Shown in pieces: positions 16,791 through 27,321 of a DNA stretch of 64,000 nt. The position numbers and the translations under genes were made by a program. The DNA is from an uncultured Lachnospiraceae bacterium (GTDB lineage: Bacteria; Bacillota; Clostridia; Lachnospirales; Lachnospiraceae). The stretch's first letter is position 1. Each line of letters starts with the position of its first letter. The stretch is taken from NCBI GenBank assembly GCA_947167155.1, contig CAMVHB010000002.1, forward strand, positions 877 to 64,876, given 5' to 3'. The notes below the pieces were generated by a model, which was not told the DNA's origin, searched no databases, and was given only the letters and a program-made list of their open reading frames with translations.

Positions 16791-17771
16791 CTATATTAAG
16801 CTTTTTTGGATCCATTCTCTTGCGTTTTTCTCGTCACGCGTGATCTGTTCCTGAAGTGTTGAAAGATCCGGGAATTTTTCCTCTTCCCGAAGATAATAAA
16901 GAAATGACACCTTTGCGGTCTCATCATAGATATAACCTGAAAAGTCAAATATATGCGTCTCAACCGTAATCCGCCTCTCTCCCTCGGGCTGATCTACGGT
17001 AGGCTTCACTCCAATATCCGTCATGCCAAAATATGACCTGCCTGCAACCAGAACCCTTGTCACATAGACTCCAACCTTTGGAAGGAGCTTTTCATCAGGA
17101 GGAAGCATATTGATCGTAGGATAGGAAAGCTTTCTCTTTCCCATTCCCATTCCGCGAACGATTCTGCCCATTATGAAATACTCATATCCAAGCATCTCAT
17201 TTACATAGTCTACGCGCCCCTCTTTCAGTGACTCCCTTATGAGAGAGCTTGAGATCACGGTACCGTCCGGGTTTTTAAGAAGCGGGATGATATCAAGAGA
17301 AAAGCCGTATTTGGACGAGAACTCCTGAAGTAGCAGGGCGCTTCCCTTGTTCTCCTTCCCGAAACGAAATTCCTTCGTAACGGCGATATATCTCATTTTG
17401 AGCTTCTCAACGAGGAATCTCACAAACTCCTCCGCTGAGACATTCATGAAATCCCTGTCAAACTTCTTTTCAAAAAGAAAGTCCACTCCCTGCTCTCTTA
17501 ATACTGATATCCTTTCTTCAGAGGTAATGAGGTTTCGTCCCTTGAAGCGGTCCTCACCCTGGATGACTATCCTCGGAGACCCTGAAAAAGTGAATACGAG
17601 TGACTGAAGCCCCTCGGTTTCCTTTGCTTTCAGGGCGGAGATTATCCTTTTGTGACCTCTGTGGATGCAGTCGAATTTCCCGATGGTCACTGCAGTACCA
17701 TCGGCATCCGAAAAGAGATCCTTTATATTGTCTTCACCCTTGATTATCAGCATATCTTTTTGAAAGCTCAT
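16791..17771 (-). CDS. ribF: bifunctional riboflavin kinase / FMN adenylyltransferase
   Basis: 'GKFDCIHRGHKRII' plus a C-terminal riboflavin kinase domain. The true start may be the ATG at 17753. Confidence 0.9.
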   Translation of the reverse strand: MSFQKDMLIIKGEDNIKDLFSDADGTAVTIGKFDCIHRGHKRIISALKAKETEGLQSLVFTFSGSPRIVIQGEDRFKGRNLITSEERISVLREQGVDFLFEKKFDRDFMNVSAEEFVRFLVEKLKMRYIAVTKEFRFGKENKGSALLLQEFSSKYGFSLDIIPLLKNPDGTVISSSLIRESLKEGRVDYVNEMLGYEYFIMGRIVRGMGMGKRKLSYPTINMLPPDEKLLPKVGVYVTRVLVAGRSYFGMTDIGVKPTVDQPEGERRITVETHIFDFSGYIYDETAKVSFLYYLREEEKFPDLSTLQEQITRDEKNAREWIQKSLI

Positions 17772-18474
17772 CGAGCGTTATAATGTGGTCAAAAAGCGTT
17801 TCTTCGTCTAAAAGCCTTTTTACATCCGATATTTTGAGAGCGTCCTCTATCCGAAAATCCCCTGTGGAGAGCCTCCGCAGATCCCCCATGCAGGCTCCGG
17901 TTGAAAGCTTCTCCCCCATATCGTTAATTAACGTCCTGATATAGGTTCCGGCAGAGCAGGAAACCTCTATCACTGCGCGCCCGCTCTCAAAGGACTTTAT
18001 GCTGTTTTCAAATACATGAATAGGCGCAGGCTCCCTCTCAATGATAACGCCCTCTCTCGCATATTCATAGAGCTTTTTTCCGTCCTTCTTCTTTGCGGAA
18101 TACATAGGCGGCTTCTGAAGGAGGTCTCCGGTAAAGTCTTTCATTACTGACAGCAGCTCTTCTTCTGTGACATTTGCCGCATCCCTTTTTGAAAGCACTT
18201 CTCCCGTGATATCCTGCGTATCAGTCGTGATGCCAAGAAGCATTTCCGCTTCGTAGCGCTTTACGGTATCATGAGTCAGTCTTTCTGCAAGCTTTGTTGC
18301 CCTTCCAAACAAAACAACAAGGACTCCGGTCGCATTCGGATCGAGAGTCCCGGTATGGCCGGCTTTCTTCACACGAAGAAGGTGGCGAAGCTTGTTCACC
18401 ACATCAAAGGAAGTCCAGCCCTTTTCTTTGTCTATTATGAGGGCACCGCCCTCTAATTCCGAAATATCCGTCAT
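17734..18474 (-). CDS. truB: tRNA pseudouridine(55) synthase
   Basis: 'GHTGTLDPNATGVL' catalytic Asp motif. Conserved position after rbfA/nrnA. Confidence 0.9.
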   Translation of the reverse strand: MTDISELEGGALIIDKEKGWTSFDVVNKLRHLLRVKKAGHTGTLDPNATGVLVVLFGRATKLAERLTHDTVKRYEAEMLLGITTDTQDITGEVLSKRDAANVTEEELLSVMKDFTGDLLQKPPMYSAKKKDGKKLYEYAREGVIIEREPAPIHVFENSIKSFESGRAVIEVSCSAGTYIRTLINDMGEKLSTGACMGDLRRLSTGDFRIEDALKISDVKRLLDEETLFDHIITLDELSKRYADNQG

Positions 18475-18477
18475 CGC

Positions 18478-19428
18478 TCAAAAAAGCGCTTCTATCTCCT
18501 GGGAGATATTTGCTATAGCTTCCACCGGATCGCCCTCGATCTCACAGCCGGCTGCCTTCGCATGGCCTCCGCCGCCGTGACGGGCCGCGATAGAAGCAAG
18601 ATTGATGTCCGCAGTAGCTCTCATCGAGACCTTGAAACATCCGGGCTCAAGCTCATACAAAAAAATAGCGGCAAGTGAATCCTTTGTATCACGAAGAGCG
18701 CTCACTATACCCTCAAGATGCCTGGCTTCCACTTCAAATTCCTTCATCTCCTCACGCGTGATAAAGGTCGCGACTATCCTGTCATCTGAAAGCCTGACGG
18801 CTTTTTCGAGAGCGTGCCCAAGAACTCTGCTCTGATTGAAGGTCTTCTGAAAGAAGGTCTTGTCAATGATCCACGGAAAATCAACACCCTTATCCATGAG
18901 GATCCCGGCCTTTCTCATAGTCTCCTTTGTTGTGCAGTCGAAACGAAAGACACCCGTATCATGAATGATCCCTGTATAAAGGCATTCAGCTATCTCCTTT
19001 GTGATCCTCTCTTCACCGAAGAGATCATAGAGAAGCTCGCAGGTGGAACTGTAATCCGGGATGATATGGTTGTAGGTCGCAAAATCCCCGTCCACAAGGT
19101 GATGATCTATGCAAAGGGTCTCCTTTGCAGCAAGAAAACGTGTTTGTGATGGTCCGAGGCGTTTCAGGTCACTGCAATCAAGGCAGATGAACAGATCGAT
19201 TTCCTCGTCGCTTTCAGAGGGAGGGATAAGTTCATCAGCTCCCTTCAAAAACATGAATATCCTCGGGATATATTCAAGATAAGCCTTGACAGAGGCATCT
19301 TTGTAATTGTCTTTGATGAAATTGTACATACCAAGAACGGAGCCAACGCAGTCTCCGTCCGGGCGCACATGACCGCCGATAGCTATGGTCTTTTTGTCCT
19401 TCAAAATGAGATCAATATCTATCATCAA
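18478..19428 (-). CDS. nrnA: DHH-family bifunctional oligoribonuclease/pAp phosphatase
   Basis: 'RPDGDCVGS', 'IDHH' and 'GGGGHAKAAG'. Conserved infB-operon position. Confidence 0.8.
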   Translation of the reverse strand: MMIDIDLILKDKKTIAIGGHVRPDGDCVGSVLGMYNFIKDNYKDASVKAYLEYIPRIFMFLKGADELIPPSESDEEIDLFICLDCSDLKRLGPSQTRFLAAKETLCIDHHLVDGDFATYNHIIPDYSSTCELLYDLFGEERITKEIAECLYTGIIHDTGVFRFDCTTKETMRKAGILMDKGVDFPWIIDKTFFQKTFNQSRVLGHALEKAVRLSDDRIVATFITREEMKEFEVEARHLEGIVSALRDTKDSLAAIFLYELEPGCFKVSMRATADINLASIAARHGGGGHAKAAGCEIEGDPVEAIANISQEIEALF

Positions 19429-19430
19429 AC

Positions 19431-19820
19431 TCAGTCCTCATTATTCTCGTCAGGATCGTCTTCATGCGATATGTTCAGTTCATCTATGAGCTTTGTCATC
19501 CTTGCTCCGTATTCTATTGAATTGTCGAGGATGAAATTGAGTTCGGGTGTATTGCGGAGATTCAGCCTCCTTGCAAGTTCATGCCTTATAAAACCTTGAG
19601 AGTTCTTAAGTCCCTTCAAGGCATTCTGCTTGTCCGCTTCATCACCGAATACTGAAATATAGCATTTGGCGAGCTTCAGATCGGCTGTCACCTCTACGGA
19701 TGTGATCGAGACCTTCATGGGATCCACTCTGGGATCCTTCACTTCATCATGCAGTATGAGTGAAAGCGTCCGAAAAACATCTTCATTCACCTTTGCGGCT
19801 TTGTTCGAGTTCTTTCTCAT
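19431..19820 (-). CDS. rbfA: ribosome-binding factor A
   Basis: '[23 protein letters not shown]'. The ATG at 19820 forms an ATGA overlap with the infB stop; the track start is 19850. Confidence 0.85.
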   Translation of the reverse strand: MRKNSNKAAKVNEDVFRTLSLILHDEVKDPRVDPMKVSITSVEVTADLKLAKCYISVFGDEADKQNALKGLKNSQGFIRHELARRLNLRNTPELNFILDNSIEYGARMTKLIDELNISHEDDPDENNED

Positions 19821-22726
19821 GACCTGGGAACCTCTACCATCTTGTAGCATTCGATACGGTCGCCTTCAACGAATTCTCCGAAATTTTCAAATACGAGACC
19901 GCATTCAAAGCCGGACTTCACTTCCTTCACATCATCCTTGAAGCGCTTCAGTGAAACAAGCTTTCCTTCATAGATCATGTCATCGCCCCTGAATATCCTT
20001 GCCCCGGAATCGCGCTCAAGCACACCGTCCGTAACAATGGATCCTGCTATATTTCCGACACCGGAGGACTTGAAGATCTGGCGTACCTCGGCATGTCCCG
20101 TCACCTTCTCTTCAAATACGGGCTCAAGCATTCCCTTCATCGCGTCCTCAACATCCTCAATAGCGTTGTAGATGACGGTATAGAGTCTTATATCCACGCC
20201 CTGGGTCTCGGCTGTCTGCTTCGCGACAGCGTCGGGACGGACATTGAAACCGATGATGACAGCGTTTGAAGCAGCAGCAAGTGTCACGTCTGATTCGTTT
20301 ATCGCGCCAACACCGCCATGGATCACCTTCACTACTACTTCTTCGTTTGAAAGCTTTTCAAGAGACTGCTTTACAGCCTCCACAGAGCCCTGTACATCAG
20401 CCTTAACGATAATGTCAAGTTCCTTGACCTTGCCTTCCTGTATCTTTGTAAAGAGACCGTCAAGAGACATCCTCGATCTCGTCTCGTCGATAAGTGACTT
20501 CTTCTCCTCCGCTATGAAGGTCTCTGCAAAGCTGTGAGCTTCCTTCTCGGAATCAAAGGACATGAATATCTCTCCGCCGGTAGGCACTGCTGAAAGTCCC
20601 TGAATCTCAACAGGCATGGAGGGACCGACCTTCTTTAAATGCTTTCCGTATTCGTCTGTCATAGCCCTTACCTTACCATAGCACGGGCCGCAGGCAACGG
20701 GATCTCCGACATGAAGCGTTCCCTTCTGGACAAGGACCGTTGCAACAACACCGCGTCCTTTGTCAAGCTCTGCCTCTATTACGACACCTCTTACGTTTCT
20801 CTTCGGATTGGCCTTCAATTCGAGCACATCCGCCGTAAGGAGGATCATGTCAAGAAGATCATCAATGCCCTCGTGAGTATGGGCGGAAACAGGAACGAAT
20901 ATGGTGCTCCCGCCCCAGTCCTCGGGGATGAGATCATATTCCGAAAGCTCCTGTTTTACACGCTCGACATTGGCATTGGGCTTGTCGATCTTGTTTACGG
21001 CAACTATTATCTCTACTCCCGCAGCCTTCGCGTGATTGATAGCTTCCACTGTCTGCGGCATCACTCCGTCATCCGCCGCAACGACAAGGATCGCAATATC
21101 TGTGGATTTCGCACCGCGCATTCTCATTGCGGTGAAGGCTTCGTGTCCGGGCGTATCGAGGAAGGTGATCTTTCTGTCCTTTACACTGACGACATAAGCA
21201 CCGATCTTCTGCGTGATACCGCCGGCCTCGCGGTCGGTGACCCTTGTATCCCTGATGGCATCGAGAAGTGATGTCTTTCCGTGATCTACATGCCCCATTA
21301 CGCAGACAACCGGCGGACGGGGAACCTGATCCTTTTCATCCTCATCCTCCTCCATGAGAAGATTCGCGATGACATCCTCCTTCTCCTCGCGCTCAACTAT
21401 GCAGTTGTATTCGAGAGCAAGCTCTTCCGCTTCCTCAAACTTGAGATCCGAGTTCAGCGTGACCATCTTGCCCTTCATGAAGAGATCCTTCACCACATCC
21501 GTGGGCTTCACCATCATCTTCTCGGCGAGCTCTTTTACGGTAATATGCTCGGGTATGATGATGGACATGAGCTCTTCCATGTTTCTCTCGGGAGCCTTGT
21601 TTGAAGGAGCGTGATGCTTTGTCCTGCCCTTTCTCTCAAGGTTTACAAAGCGCTCCTGTTTCTTGCTTCCGAGTGCGTCGTAGTCAGCGTTTCCGGCATT
21701 CTTCTTCCTGTCCTTTGAAAATCCGCCCTTGCGTCCTGACTGCTCGGGAGCAGAGCCCTTCTGCGCCGCGGCAGCGCCCTGGTTTTTGCTCATGGGACGA
21801 CGATCATTGTCGCGTCCCTTTGGCTGACCGTTCCGCCTGTCCTTGTCGCCTCCCTGAGGTCTTTGCCCCATCTGATCCTTTTGATCCTTCCCGAAGGACG
21901 AAGGCTTTCCATTTTGAAGCCTCTCGGGGTGGTTTGCGTAAATATTCTCCCTGACTATGGTCTTCGGCTTCTCTTCAGTATGCTCAACTTTCTTTTGATC
22001 CTGAGATATAACAGGTGCAGTCTCCTGCTCAGGAGCCTTTTTCACCTCTTCCTTCGGAGCGGGAGCAGGCTTCTCAACGGGCTTCGGAGGAACGGGAACA
22101 TAATCCGGCGCGTTGTCCATGCCCCGGGGCCTTATCACCCTTTCATCCGCGGAACGGGGGCGTATGGGCTTTCTGATGCCGGGAGCGCTCTGACTCGTAA
22201 ATGAAGATGCTCCTTCGGGACGGCGGGGCTTCCTAACGCCTCCTTGATCCCTGCGGCCGCCCTGGGCGCCGTTCTTGGTATACTGCGCGTTGAAGACCGC
22301 AGTGATAGAGGATTTCTTCTTCGCGGGAGCGTCAGTCTTTTCAGACGCTTTCTGCGCGGGTTTGGTCGAAACCGGCTTTTGAGCAGGCTTTGAAACAGGC
22401 TTCTCTAAAGGTCTTGCGGCAGGATTCTTTATAGAAGTCCCCTCGCCCTTTTCCTTAAGAGAGGGCTCCGGCTTTTTTTCTTCCGTACCTTTAGGTTCCT
22501 CCGGTTTTTTAACAACCTCACTGCTCTCAGGCTTTTTTTGCATATCCTTTCCACCATTCGCTCCGGCTGAAAATCTTCCCTTCACCATGGCGATGGCGTC
22601 GTCATCAATATTTGAGCTTGCTGTCTTTGCCTCCACGCCCTTTTCCTGAAGAAAATCGAGTATCTCCTTCGAGTAAGCGTCAAGCTCCTTTGCAATCTCA
22701 TATACTCTCATTTTTGCCATGGTCAT
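19817..22726 (-). CDS. infB: translation initiation factor IF-2
   Basis: G-domain motifs '[12 protein letters not shown]', 'DTPGHEAF' and 'NKID'. Long Lys/Pro-rich N-terminal region. Confidence 0.97.
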   Translation of the reverse strand: MTMAKMRVYEIAKELDAYSKEILDFLQEKGVEAKTASSNIDDDAIAMVKGRFSAGANGGKDMQKKPESSEVVKKPEEPKGTEEKKPEPSLKEKGEGTSIKNPAARPLEKPVSKPAQKPVSTKPAQKASEKTDAPAKKKSSITAVFNAQYTKNGAQGGRRDQGGVRKPRRPEGASSFTSQSAPGIRKPIRPRSADERVIRPRGMDNAPDYVPVPPKPVEKPAPAPKEEVKKAPEQETAPVISQDQKKVEHTEEKPKTIVRENIYANHPERLQNGKPSSFGKDQKDQMGQRPQGGDKDRRNGQPKGRDNDRRPMSKNQGAAAAQKGSAPEQSGRKGGFSKDRKKNAGNADYDALGSKKQERFVNLERKGRTKHHAPSNKAPERNMEELMSIIIPEHITVKELAEKMMVKPTDVVKDLFMKGKMVTLNSDLKFEEAEELALEYNCIVEREEKEDVIANLLMEEDEDEKDQVPRPPVVCVMGHVDHGKTSLLDAIRDTRVTDREAGGITQKIGAYVVSVKDRKITFLDTPGHEAFTAMRMRGAKSTDIAILVVAADDGVMPQTVEAINHAKAAGVEIIVAVNKIDKPNANVERVKQELSEYDLIPEDWGGSTIFVPVSAHTHEGIDDLLDMILLTADVLELKANPKRNVRGVVIEAELDKGRGVVATVLVQKGTLHVGDPVACGPCYGKVRAMTDEYGKHLKKVGPSMPVEIQGLSAVPTGGEIFMSFDSEKEAHSFAETFIAEEKKSLIDETRSRMSLDGLFTKIQEGKVKELDIIVKADVQGSVEAVKQSLEKLSNEEVVVKVIHGGVGAINESDVTLAAASNAVIIGFNVRPDAVAKQTAETQGVDIRLYTVIYNAIEDVEDAMKGMLEPVFEEKVTGHAEVRQIFKSSGVGNIAGSIVTDGVLERDSGARIFRGDDMIYEGKLVSLKRFKDDVKEVKSGFECGLVFENFGEFVEGDRIECYKMVEVPRS

Positions 22727-22754
22727 CCTCCATCAAAAAGAAACAAAAAACTTC

Positions 22755-23075
22755 TCATAGCTTTTTCATTATACCTCTTGCGAGGTTTTCATCTGTTATG
22801 GCTGCGCAGGCTGTAAGACCTTTTCCTGTGCTCTCTCCGAGAGCTTCCTTTGTTCCGCGCACAATGTAGGGAACTGCGTTCCTGTCACAAAGAGCCTTCA
22901 GGTCATCGGCTTCCCGCTCTGACATATCTTTGGAAATAACAACAAGCTTTGCTTTTGCATTTCTTACCAGGTCCTCTGTGAGGAAGGTTCCGCACTTGAT
23001 ACCGCCGGCTTTTCTTGCGATAGAAACAAGAGATAAAACAGGATCCTTAACCTTTTTCTCAGGACTCTTCTCCAT
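22755..23075 (-). CDS. ylxQ: L7Ae/L30e-family RNA-binding protein (YlxQ-like)
   Basis: 106 aa, lying between nusA and infB as in other Firmicutes. Contains '...LVVISKDMSE...VPYI...'. Confidence 0.7.
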   Translation of the reverse strand: MEKSPEKKVKDPVLSLVSIARKAGGIKCGTFLTEDLVRNAKAKLVVISKDMSEREADDLKALCDRNAVPYIVRGTKEALGESTGKGLTACAAITDENLARGIMKKL

Positions 23076-24225
23076 CCTTTACTTCTGTCTCCTCACCGAC
23101 ATATTCGCCGTTCTCGTCGTAGTATTCCTCACCGTCGTCATAATCTCCCTCATCACCACCGTCATAGGGAGGCCATTCTCCGGACTCGATCGCCTGTGTC
23201 TCTGACTTGATGTCGATCTTGTAGCCCGTAAGTCTTGCGGCAAGGCGTGCATTCTGTCCCTCGCGTCCTATTGCAAGAGAAAGCTGGAAATCAGGAACAA
23301 CAACTTTCGCCGTCTTTTCCTCGGAATCTGCTATTACGGAGATCACCTTTGCGGGAGAAAGCGCATTCTCAATAAGGAACGCCGGTGTTTCAGACCAGTT
23401 GATGATATCTATCTTCTCTCCGTTCAATTCTTCAACAACGGCATTTACACGGGTTCCGTTCATGCCGACACACGCACCTACGGGATCCACATCCTCGTCA
23501 TTTGACCAGACTGCGATCTTGGTACGGTTTCCGGGCTCTCTGGCAATAGCCTTGATCTCGACCGTGCCGTCCGCTATCTCGGATACCTCCTGCTCAAAGA
23601 GTCCTCTGACAAGATCGGGATGAGTCCTTGAAACCCTGATCCTCGTACCCTTCTGCGCAGCCTTTGCTTCAAGGATATAAACCCTGATCCTCTGCTGCGG
23701 CCTGTAGCTTTCACCCTTTACCTGCTCGCGCTCGGCCAAAATGCCGTCTGCAGAGCCAAGGTTTATCATTATCGTACCGTTTGCGGCATTTCTTCTCTGG
23801 ACAACGCCGGTGACAACGGTGTGCTCTTTGTCGGAAAACTCGCGTAGGACATTTTCCCTTTCCTGCGTCCTGATAGTCTGGATGATGGTATTTCTGGCAG
23901 CTCCTGTTGCGATCCTTCCAAACTCATGTGAATCAAGCTCAACAGGAACCTTGTCCCCAATCTGATAGCTGCCGTCAATGGTATGGGCTTCTTCAGGTGA
24001 TATCTCCGTCCAGGTGTTTGAAACCTCCTCGACTACGGTCTTTACGATATAGACATGATAATCACCGGTCTTTGGATCTACGGTCGCCGTGACCTCCTCG
24101 GCCTTTTTGTAATTGTTCTTTGCCGCAGCGATCAGCGCGTTTTCAACAGCAGTAAGGATCACCTCTTTCCTGATCCTCTTTTCCTGCTCAAGCTGCTTCA
24201 ATGCACCGATGAGTTCGGTATTCAT
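23059..24225 (-). CDS. nusA: transcription termination/antitermination factor NusA
   Basis: S1 and KH domains ('LAIGREGQNARLAARLTGYKIDI'). I trimmed the start to the ATG at 24225, preceded by AGGAGG; the track start is 24363. Confidence 0.95.
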   Translation of the reverse strand: MNTELIGALKQLEQEKRIRKEVILTAVENALIAAAKNNYKKAEEVTATVDPKTGDYHVYIVKTVVEEVSNTWTEISPEEAHTIDGSYQIGDKVPVELDSHEFGRIATGAARNTIIQTIRTQERENVLREFSDKEHTVVTGVVQRRNAANGTIMINLGSADGILAEREQVKGESYRPQQRIRVYILEAKAAQKGTRIRVSRTHPDLVRGLFEQEVSEIADGTVEIKAIAREPGNRTKIAVWSNDEDVDPVGACVGMNGTRVNAVVEELNGEKIDIINWSETPAFLIENALSPAKVISVIADSEEKTAKVVVPDFQLSLAIGREGQNARLAARLTGYKIDIKSETQAIESGEWPPYDGGDEGDYDDGEEYYDENGEYVGEETEVKDGEES

Positions 24226-24253
24226 TTCCTTCGTCCTCCTGAAAAAAAATGTT

Positions 24254-24724
24254 TTAAAAATCAATCGACTGATGTATCGATGAAACTGCTTTTCTTTGAA
24301 AGGTCTGCTTTTCTTTTGTGTCCGGATAAAAAAGCGTGATCGTATTTTCGTCAAAACTTTCAAGAACTCCGGTAAATTCCTTTGCCCCGTCTATGGGTTC
24401 ATAGGTTGAAAGATCAACGTCCTTCCCGATATTCCTCTCAAAGTCCCTGTCCTTTTTGAACGGTCTCGTAAGCCCCGGAGAGCTCACCTCAAACGTATAG
24501 GGAACATCTACGAAATTCTCCCGGTCAAGGATGTCATTCATCCTTCTGCTGACTTCTACGCAGTCATCCAGGGTGATCCCGCCTTCCTTTTCAATGAAGG
24601 CCCGGAGAAAAAAATCATTTCCTTCCTTTACGAACTCTGTATCGCAAAGCTCAAACGATAGTTCCGAAAGCACCGGAGTGATCAGCTCTTCAAGCCTCTT
24701 TTCGTATGCCTTACTTTTTGTCAA
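24254..24724 (-). CDS. rimP: ribosome maturation factor RimP
   Basis: 156 aa, 'SSPGLTRPFKKDRDFERNIGKDV'. TTG start. Lies upstream of nusA. Confidence 0.9.
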   Translation of the reverse strand: MTKSKAYEKRLEELITPVLSELSFELCDTEFVKEGNDFFLRAFIEKEGGITLDDCVEVSRRMNDILDRENFVDVPYTFEVSSPGLTRPFKKDRDFERNIGKDVDLSTYEPIDGAKEFTGVLESFDENTITLFYPDTKEKQTFQRKAVSSIHQSIDF

Positions 24725-24747
24725 TTTCTCTCACCTTAAAATACCTC

Positions 24748-24785
24748 AACACAAAATGAAATCGCACGTAAAAACGTGCGATTTC
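24748..24785 (-). terminator. hairpin plus T-tract between tRNA-Glu and rimP
   Basis: The minus strand reads GAAATCGCAC-GTTTTTAC-GTGCGATTTC (10-bp perfect stem), followed by ATTTTGTGTT. Confidence 0.6.
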
Positions 24786-24804
24786 AGTAGTAGCAATGCT
24801 GCAA

Positions 24805-24876
24805 TAGCCCGAAGGGGAGTCGAACCCCTGATTCCGCCGTGAGAGGGCGGCGTCTTGACCACTTGACCATCGGGCC
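24805..24876 (-). tRNA. tRNA-Glu (anticodon CUC)
   Basis: Hand-folded 72-nt cloverleaf: acceptor GGCCCGA/TCGGGCT, anticodon arm CCGCC-CTCTCAC-GGCGG, T-arm AGGGG-TTCGACT-CCCCT, discriminator A. No encoded CCA. Confidence 0.9.
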
Positions 24877-24948
24877 GGATCGGCACGATCTGGCTTTCGC
24901 TTCAAAAGTGCCTCCCGAATGCTTGCCTATTTGACAAACAACTCGAAC

Positions 24949-24977
24949 ATTATAATATATAATTGTAGTATTTGCAA
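24949..24977 (-). promoter_or_regulatory. sigma-A-type promoter upstream of tRNA-Glu
   Basis: Minus strand TTGCAA, 17 nt, TATAAT. Confidence 0.55.
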
Positions 24978-24984
24978 GCAAATT

Positions 24985-25995
24985 TTATTCGTAGCCGTTG
25001 GGATTGTTTTTCTGCCAGCGCCAGGAATCCTCACACATACGGCGGATATCAAACTGCGCCTCCCAGCCAAGTTCTTTTTTTGCAAGAGCAGCGCTGCAGT
25101 AGCACTCAGCCACATCCCCGGGTCTTCTTTCCTTGATCTCGTAAGGGATCTTCACTCCCGTCGCTTCCTCGAAATTCTTCACAACATCAAGAACGCTGTA
25201 GCCTGTTCCGGTGCCGAGGTTGTAAATACGGAGTCCTGAGCCTTTGATATTTTTCAGTGCGGCCACATGTCCCTTTGCAAGATCCACCACGTGGATATAG
25301 TCTCTCACTCCCGTCCCGTCATGAGTGGGATAATCATTTCCGAATACATTGAGATGGTCGAGCTTCCCTACCGCGACCTGAGTAATATAGGGCATGAGAT
25401 TGTTTGGAAGCCCGCTGGGATCCTCACCTATCCTGCCGCTTTCATGCGCACCGATAGGATTGAAGTAGCGAAGCAGCATCACGTTCCAGTCATTGTCTGC
25501 CTTCTGCACGTCAGAAAGGATCTGCTCAAGCATTGATTTGGTCCAGCCGTAAGGATTCGTGCACTGTCCCTTCGGGCAGCGTTCGGTGATCGGTATCTCC
25601 GCGGGATCGCCGTAAACCGTGGCAGAGGATGAGAAGATGATATTCTTCACATTGTGCTTTCTCATCACATCAATAAGGGTAAGAGTTCCGGCGATATTGT
25701 TGTTGTAATACTCCCAGGGCTTTGAAACCGACTCGCCGACAGCCTTGAGGCCTGCGAAATGAATGACGGAATCTATGCTGTTTTCCGAGAATATCTTTTC
25801 TATCGCTTCTCTGTCAAGGATGTCAGCCTTTTGAAACTTCACATCCTTTCCCGTGATCTCACGCACCCTTTCAAGCGACTTTTCGCTGGAATTTGAGAGG
25901 TTGTCGATCACGACAACCTCATAACCCGCATTAAGAAGTTCAACTACCGTATGACTTCCGATAAAACCGGTCCCACCGGTCACAAGTACTGCCAT
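24985..25995 (-). CDS. galE: UDP-glucose 4-epimerase
   Basis: '[11 protein letters not shown]' Rossmann motif and 'YGWTK' (YxxxK). The ATG at 25995 sits 1 nt after the rplT stop; the track TTG start is 26004. Confidence 0.9.
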   Translation of the reverse strand: MAVLVTGGTGFIGSHTVVELLNAGYEVVVIDNLSNSSEKSLERVREITGKDVKFQKADILDREAIEKIFSENSIDSVIHFAGLKAVGESVSKPWEYYNNNIAGTLTLIDVMRKHNVKNIIFSSSATVYGDPAEIPITERCPKGQCTNPYGWTKSMLEQILSDVQKADNDWNVMLLRYFNPIGAHESGRIGEDPSGLPNNLMPYITQVAVGKLDHLNVFGNDYPTHDGTGVRDYIHVVDLAKGHVAALKNIKGSGLRIYNLGTGTGYSVLDVVKNFEEATGVKIPYEIKERRPGDVAECYCSAALAKKELGWEAQFDIRRMCEDSWRWQKNNPNGYE

Positions 25996-25996
25996 A

Positions 25997-26353
25997 TCAG
26001 GCAACCTTTGCTTTTGCTGTGTCGCAGAGTGCCTTGAAGCCCTCGGGATCGTTGACAGCCATATCGGAAAGAACCTTGCGGTTCAGTGTGATCTCGGAAA
26101 GCTTGAGTCCGTACATGAACTTTGAATAAGAAAGACCGTTCTGCCTTGCTGCAGCATTGATACGCGCTATCCAAAGAGCTCGAAACTGTCTCTTCTTCTG
26201 ACGGCGTCCCATGTAGGCGTTTGCAAGCGCCTTCATAACGGTCTGCTTTGCGATGCGATACTGCTTTGAACGCGCTCCCCTGTAGCCCTTTGCGAGCTTC
26301 AGTACGCGGTTGTGCTTTTTCTTGGCGTTAAGACCGCCCTTGATTCTTGCCAT
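25997..26353 (-). CDS. rplT: 50S ribosomal protein L20
   Basis: '[28 protein letters not shown]'. Confidence 0.97.
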   Translation of the reverse strand: MARIKGGLNAKKKHNRVLKLAKGYRGARSKQYRIAKQTVMKALANAYMGRRQKKRQFRALWIARINAAARQNGLSYSKFMYGLKLSEITLNRKVLSDMAVNDPEGFKALCDTAKAKVA

Positions 26354-26373
26354 ATCATTATCCTCCTATCAGA

Positions 26374-26571
26374 TCAAAGGTAAGGTAATACCTTTTTCAT
26401 ATTCTTCTCATTCGTCTTGTCCATGATAGTCGCGTGACGAAGGTTCCTCTTGTTCTTTGTGGTCTTCTTCGTCAGGATATGGCGCTTGTAAGCCTTGTTC
26501 CTCTTGAGGCTTCCGGAAGCAGTCGCTTTGAATCTTTTGGCTGCCGCCCTCTTTGTCTTGATCTTCGGCAT
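26374..26571 (-). CDS. rpmI: 50S ribosomal protein L35
   Basis: '[15 protein letters not shown]...'. Start at the ATG after AGGAGG. Confidence 0.95.
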   Translation of the reverse strand: MPKIKTKRAAAKRFKATASGSLKRNKAYKRHILTKKTTKNKRNLRHATIMDKTNEKNMKKVLPYL

Positions 26572-26626
26572 TTTCATTCCTCCTAACATATTTTTTCATC
26601 CGGCAGTTCTGCCGGAGATGATATCC

Positions 26627-27139
26627 TTACTGCTTTTTGAAATTCAAAACAAGTGTCAGCGTCCGCCCCTCCACCTTTGCAGGCTTTTCAATGACGGACA
26701 CATCTGAAAGCGCTTCGGCAAACTCATCGAGAAGATGCTTTGAATCCTTCATATGAGCCATCTCACGGCCTCTGAAGCGAAGCGTCACCTTCACCTTGTC
26801 GCCCTTCTCAAGGAATTTTCTCGCGGCATTCATCTTCGTGTTCATATCGTTTGTGTCGATGTTGGGGGAGAACCTGATCTCCTTCAATTCCGCGATCTTC
26901 TGCTTTTTCTTTTGTTCCTTTTCCTTTCGGGCAATCTCATAACGGTATTTGCCGTAATCGATGACCTTGCAAACGGGAGGAACCGCCTTGGGAGAGATCT
27001 TCACAAGATCAAGTCCCGCTTCCTCAGCAATAACCTGTGCCTCCCTGGAGGACATGATACCAAGCTGTTCTCCGTCCTCACCGATCACCCTTACCTCTCG
27101 GTCAGTGATCTCCTCGTTTATCTGAAGCTCGTTTCCTAT
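26627..27139 (-). CDS. infC: translation initiation factor IF-3
   Basis: The track ORF (start 27088) lacks the conserved N-terminus. The frame continues upstream as 'IGNELQINEEITDREVRVIGEDGEQLGI'. The likely start is a non-AUG ATA at 27139, eight nt after AGAAGG. Non-AUG starts are typical of infC. Confidence 0.85.
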   Translation of the reverse strand: MGNELQINEEITDREVRVIGEDGEQLGIMSSREAQVIAEEAGLDLVKISPKAVPPVCKVIDYGKYRYEIARKEKEQKKKQKIAELKEIRFSPNIDTNDMNTKMNAARKFLEKGDKVKVTLRFRGREMAHMKDSKHLLDEFAEALSDVSVIEKPAKVEGRTLTLVLNFKKQ

Positions 27140-27162
27140 GGTGTTTACCTTCTTTCTATTTC

Positions 27163-27199
27163 AAAAACAGTAAAAAATAAGGATGAGCACAGCCCATCC
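27163..27199 (-). promoter_or_regulatory. attenuator hairpin in the infC leader (L20-leader-like)
   Basis: The minus strand reads GGATGGG-CTGTG-CTCATCC followed by TTATTTTTTACTGTTTTT, about 25 nt upstream of the infC start and inside a leader of roughly 170 nt. Confidence 0.45.
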
Positions 27200-27321
27200 A
27201 CTTTCAAACAAAGATATACCGACCATAAACTATGGTCGATCTTCTTTATTATTAACACTGAGTCGCAAAGGAAAACGCTCAGGTGAGAGTGGAAAGCTCT
27301 GCTTTTTTTACAACGAGTGAT

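Noticed and set aside
20639-21271. 210-aa plus-strand ORF inside infB, plus similar ones at 21281-22204
   Set aside because: These are shadow ORFs opposite a highly conserved gene.
24226-24363. N-terminal extensions of track ORFs: nusA here, and also 1498-1557, 6899-6988, 15374-15391, 41180-41242, 44496-44522, 51604-51714 and 54503-54565
   Set aside because: Each has an internal start with a good RBS at the conserved protein N-terminus. The extensions overlap upstream genes, repeats or terminators.
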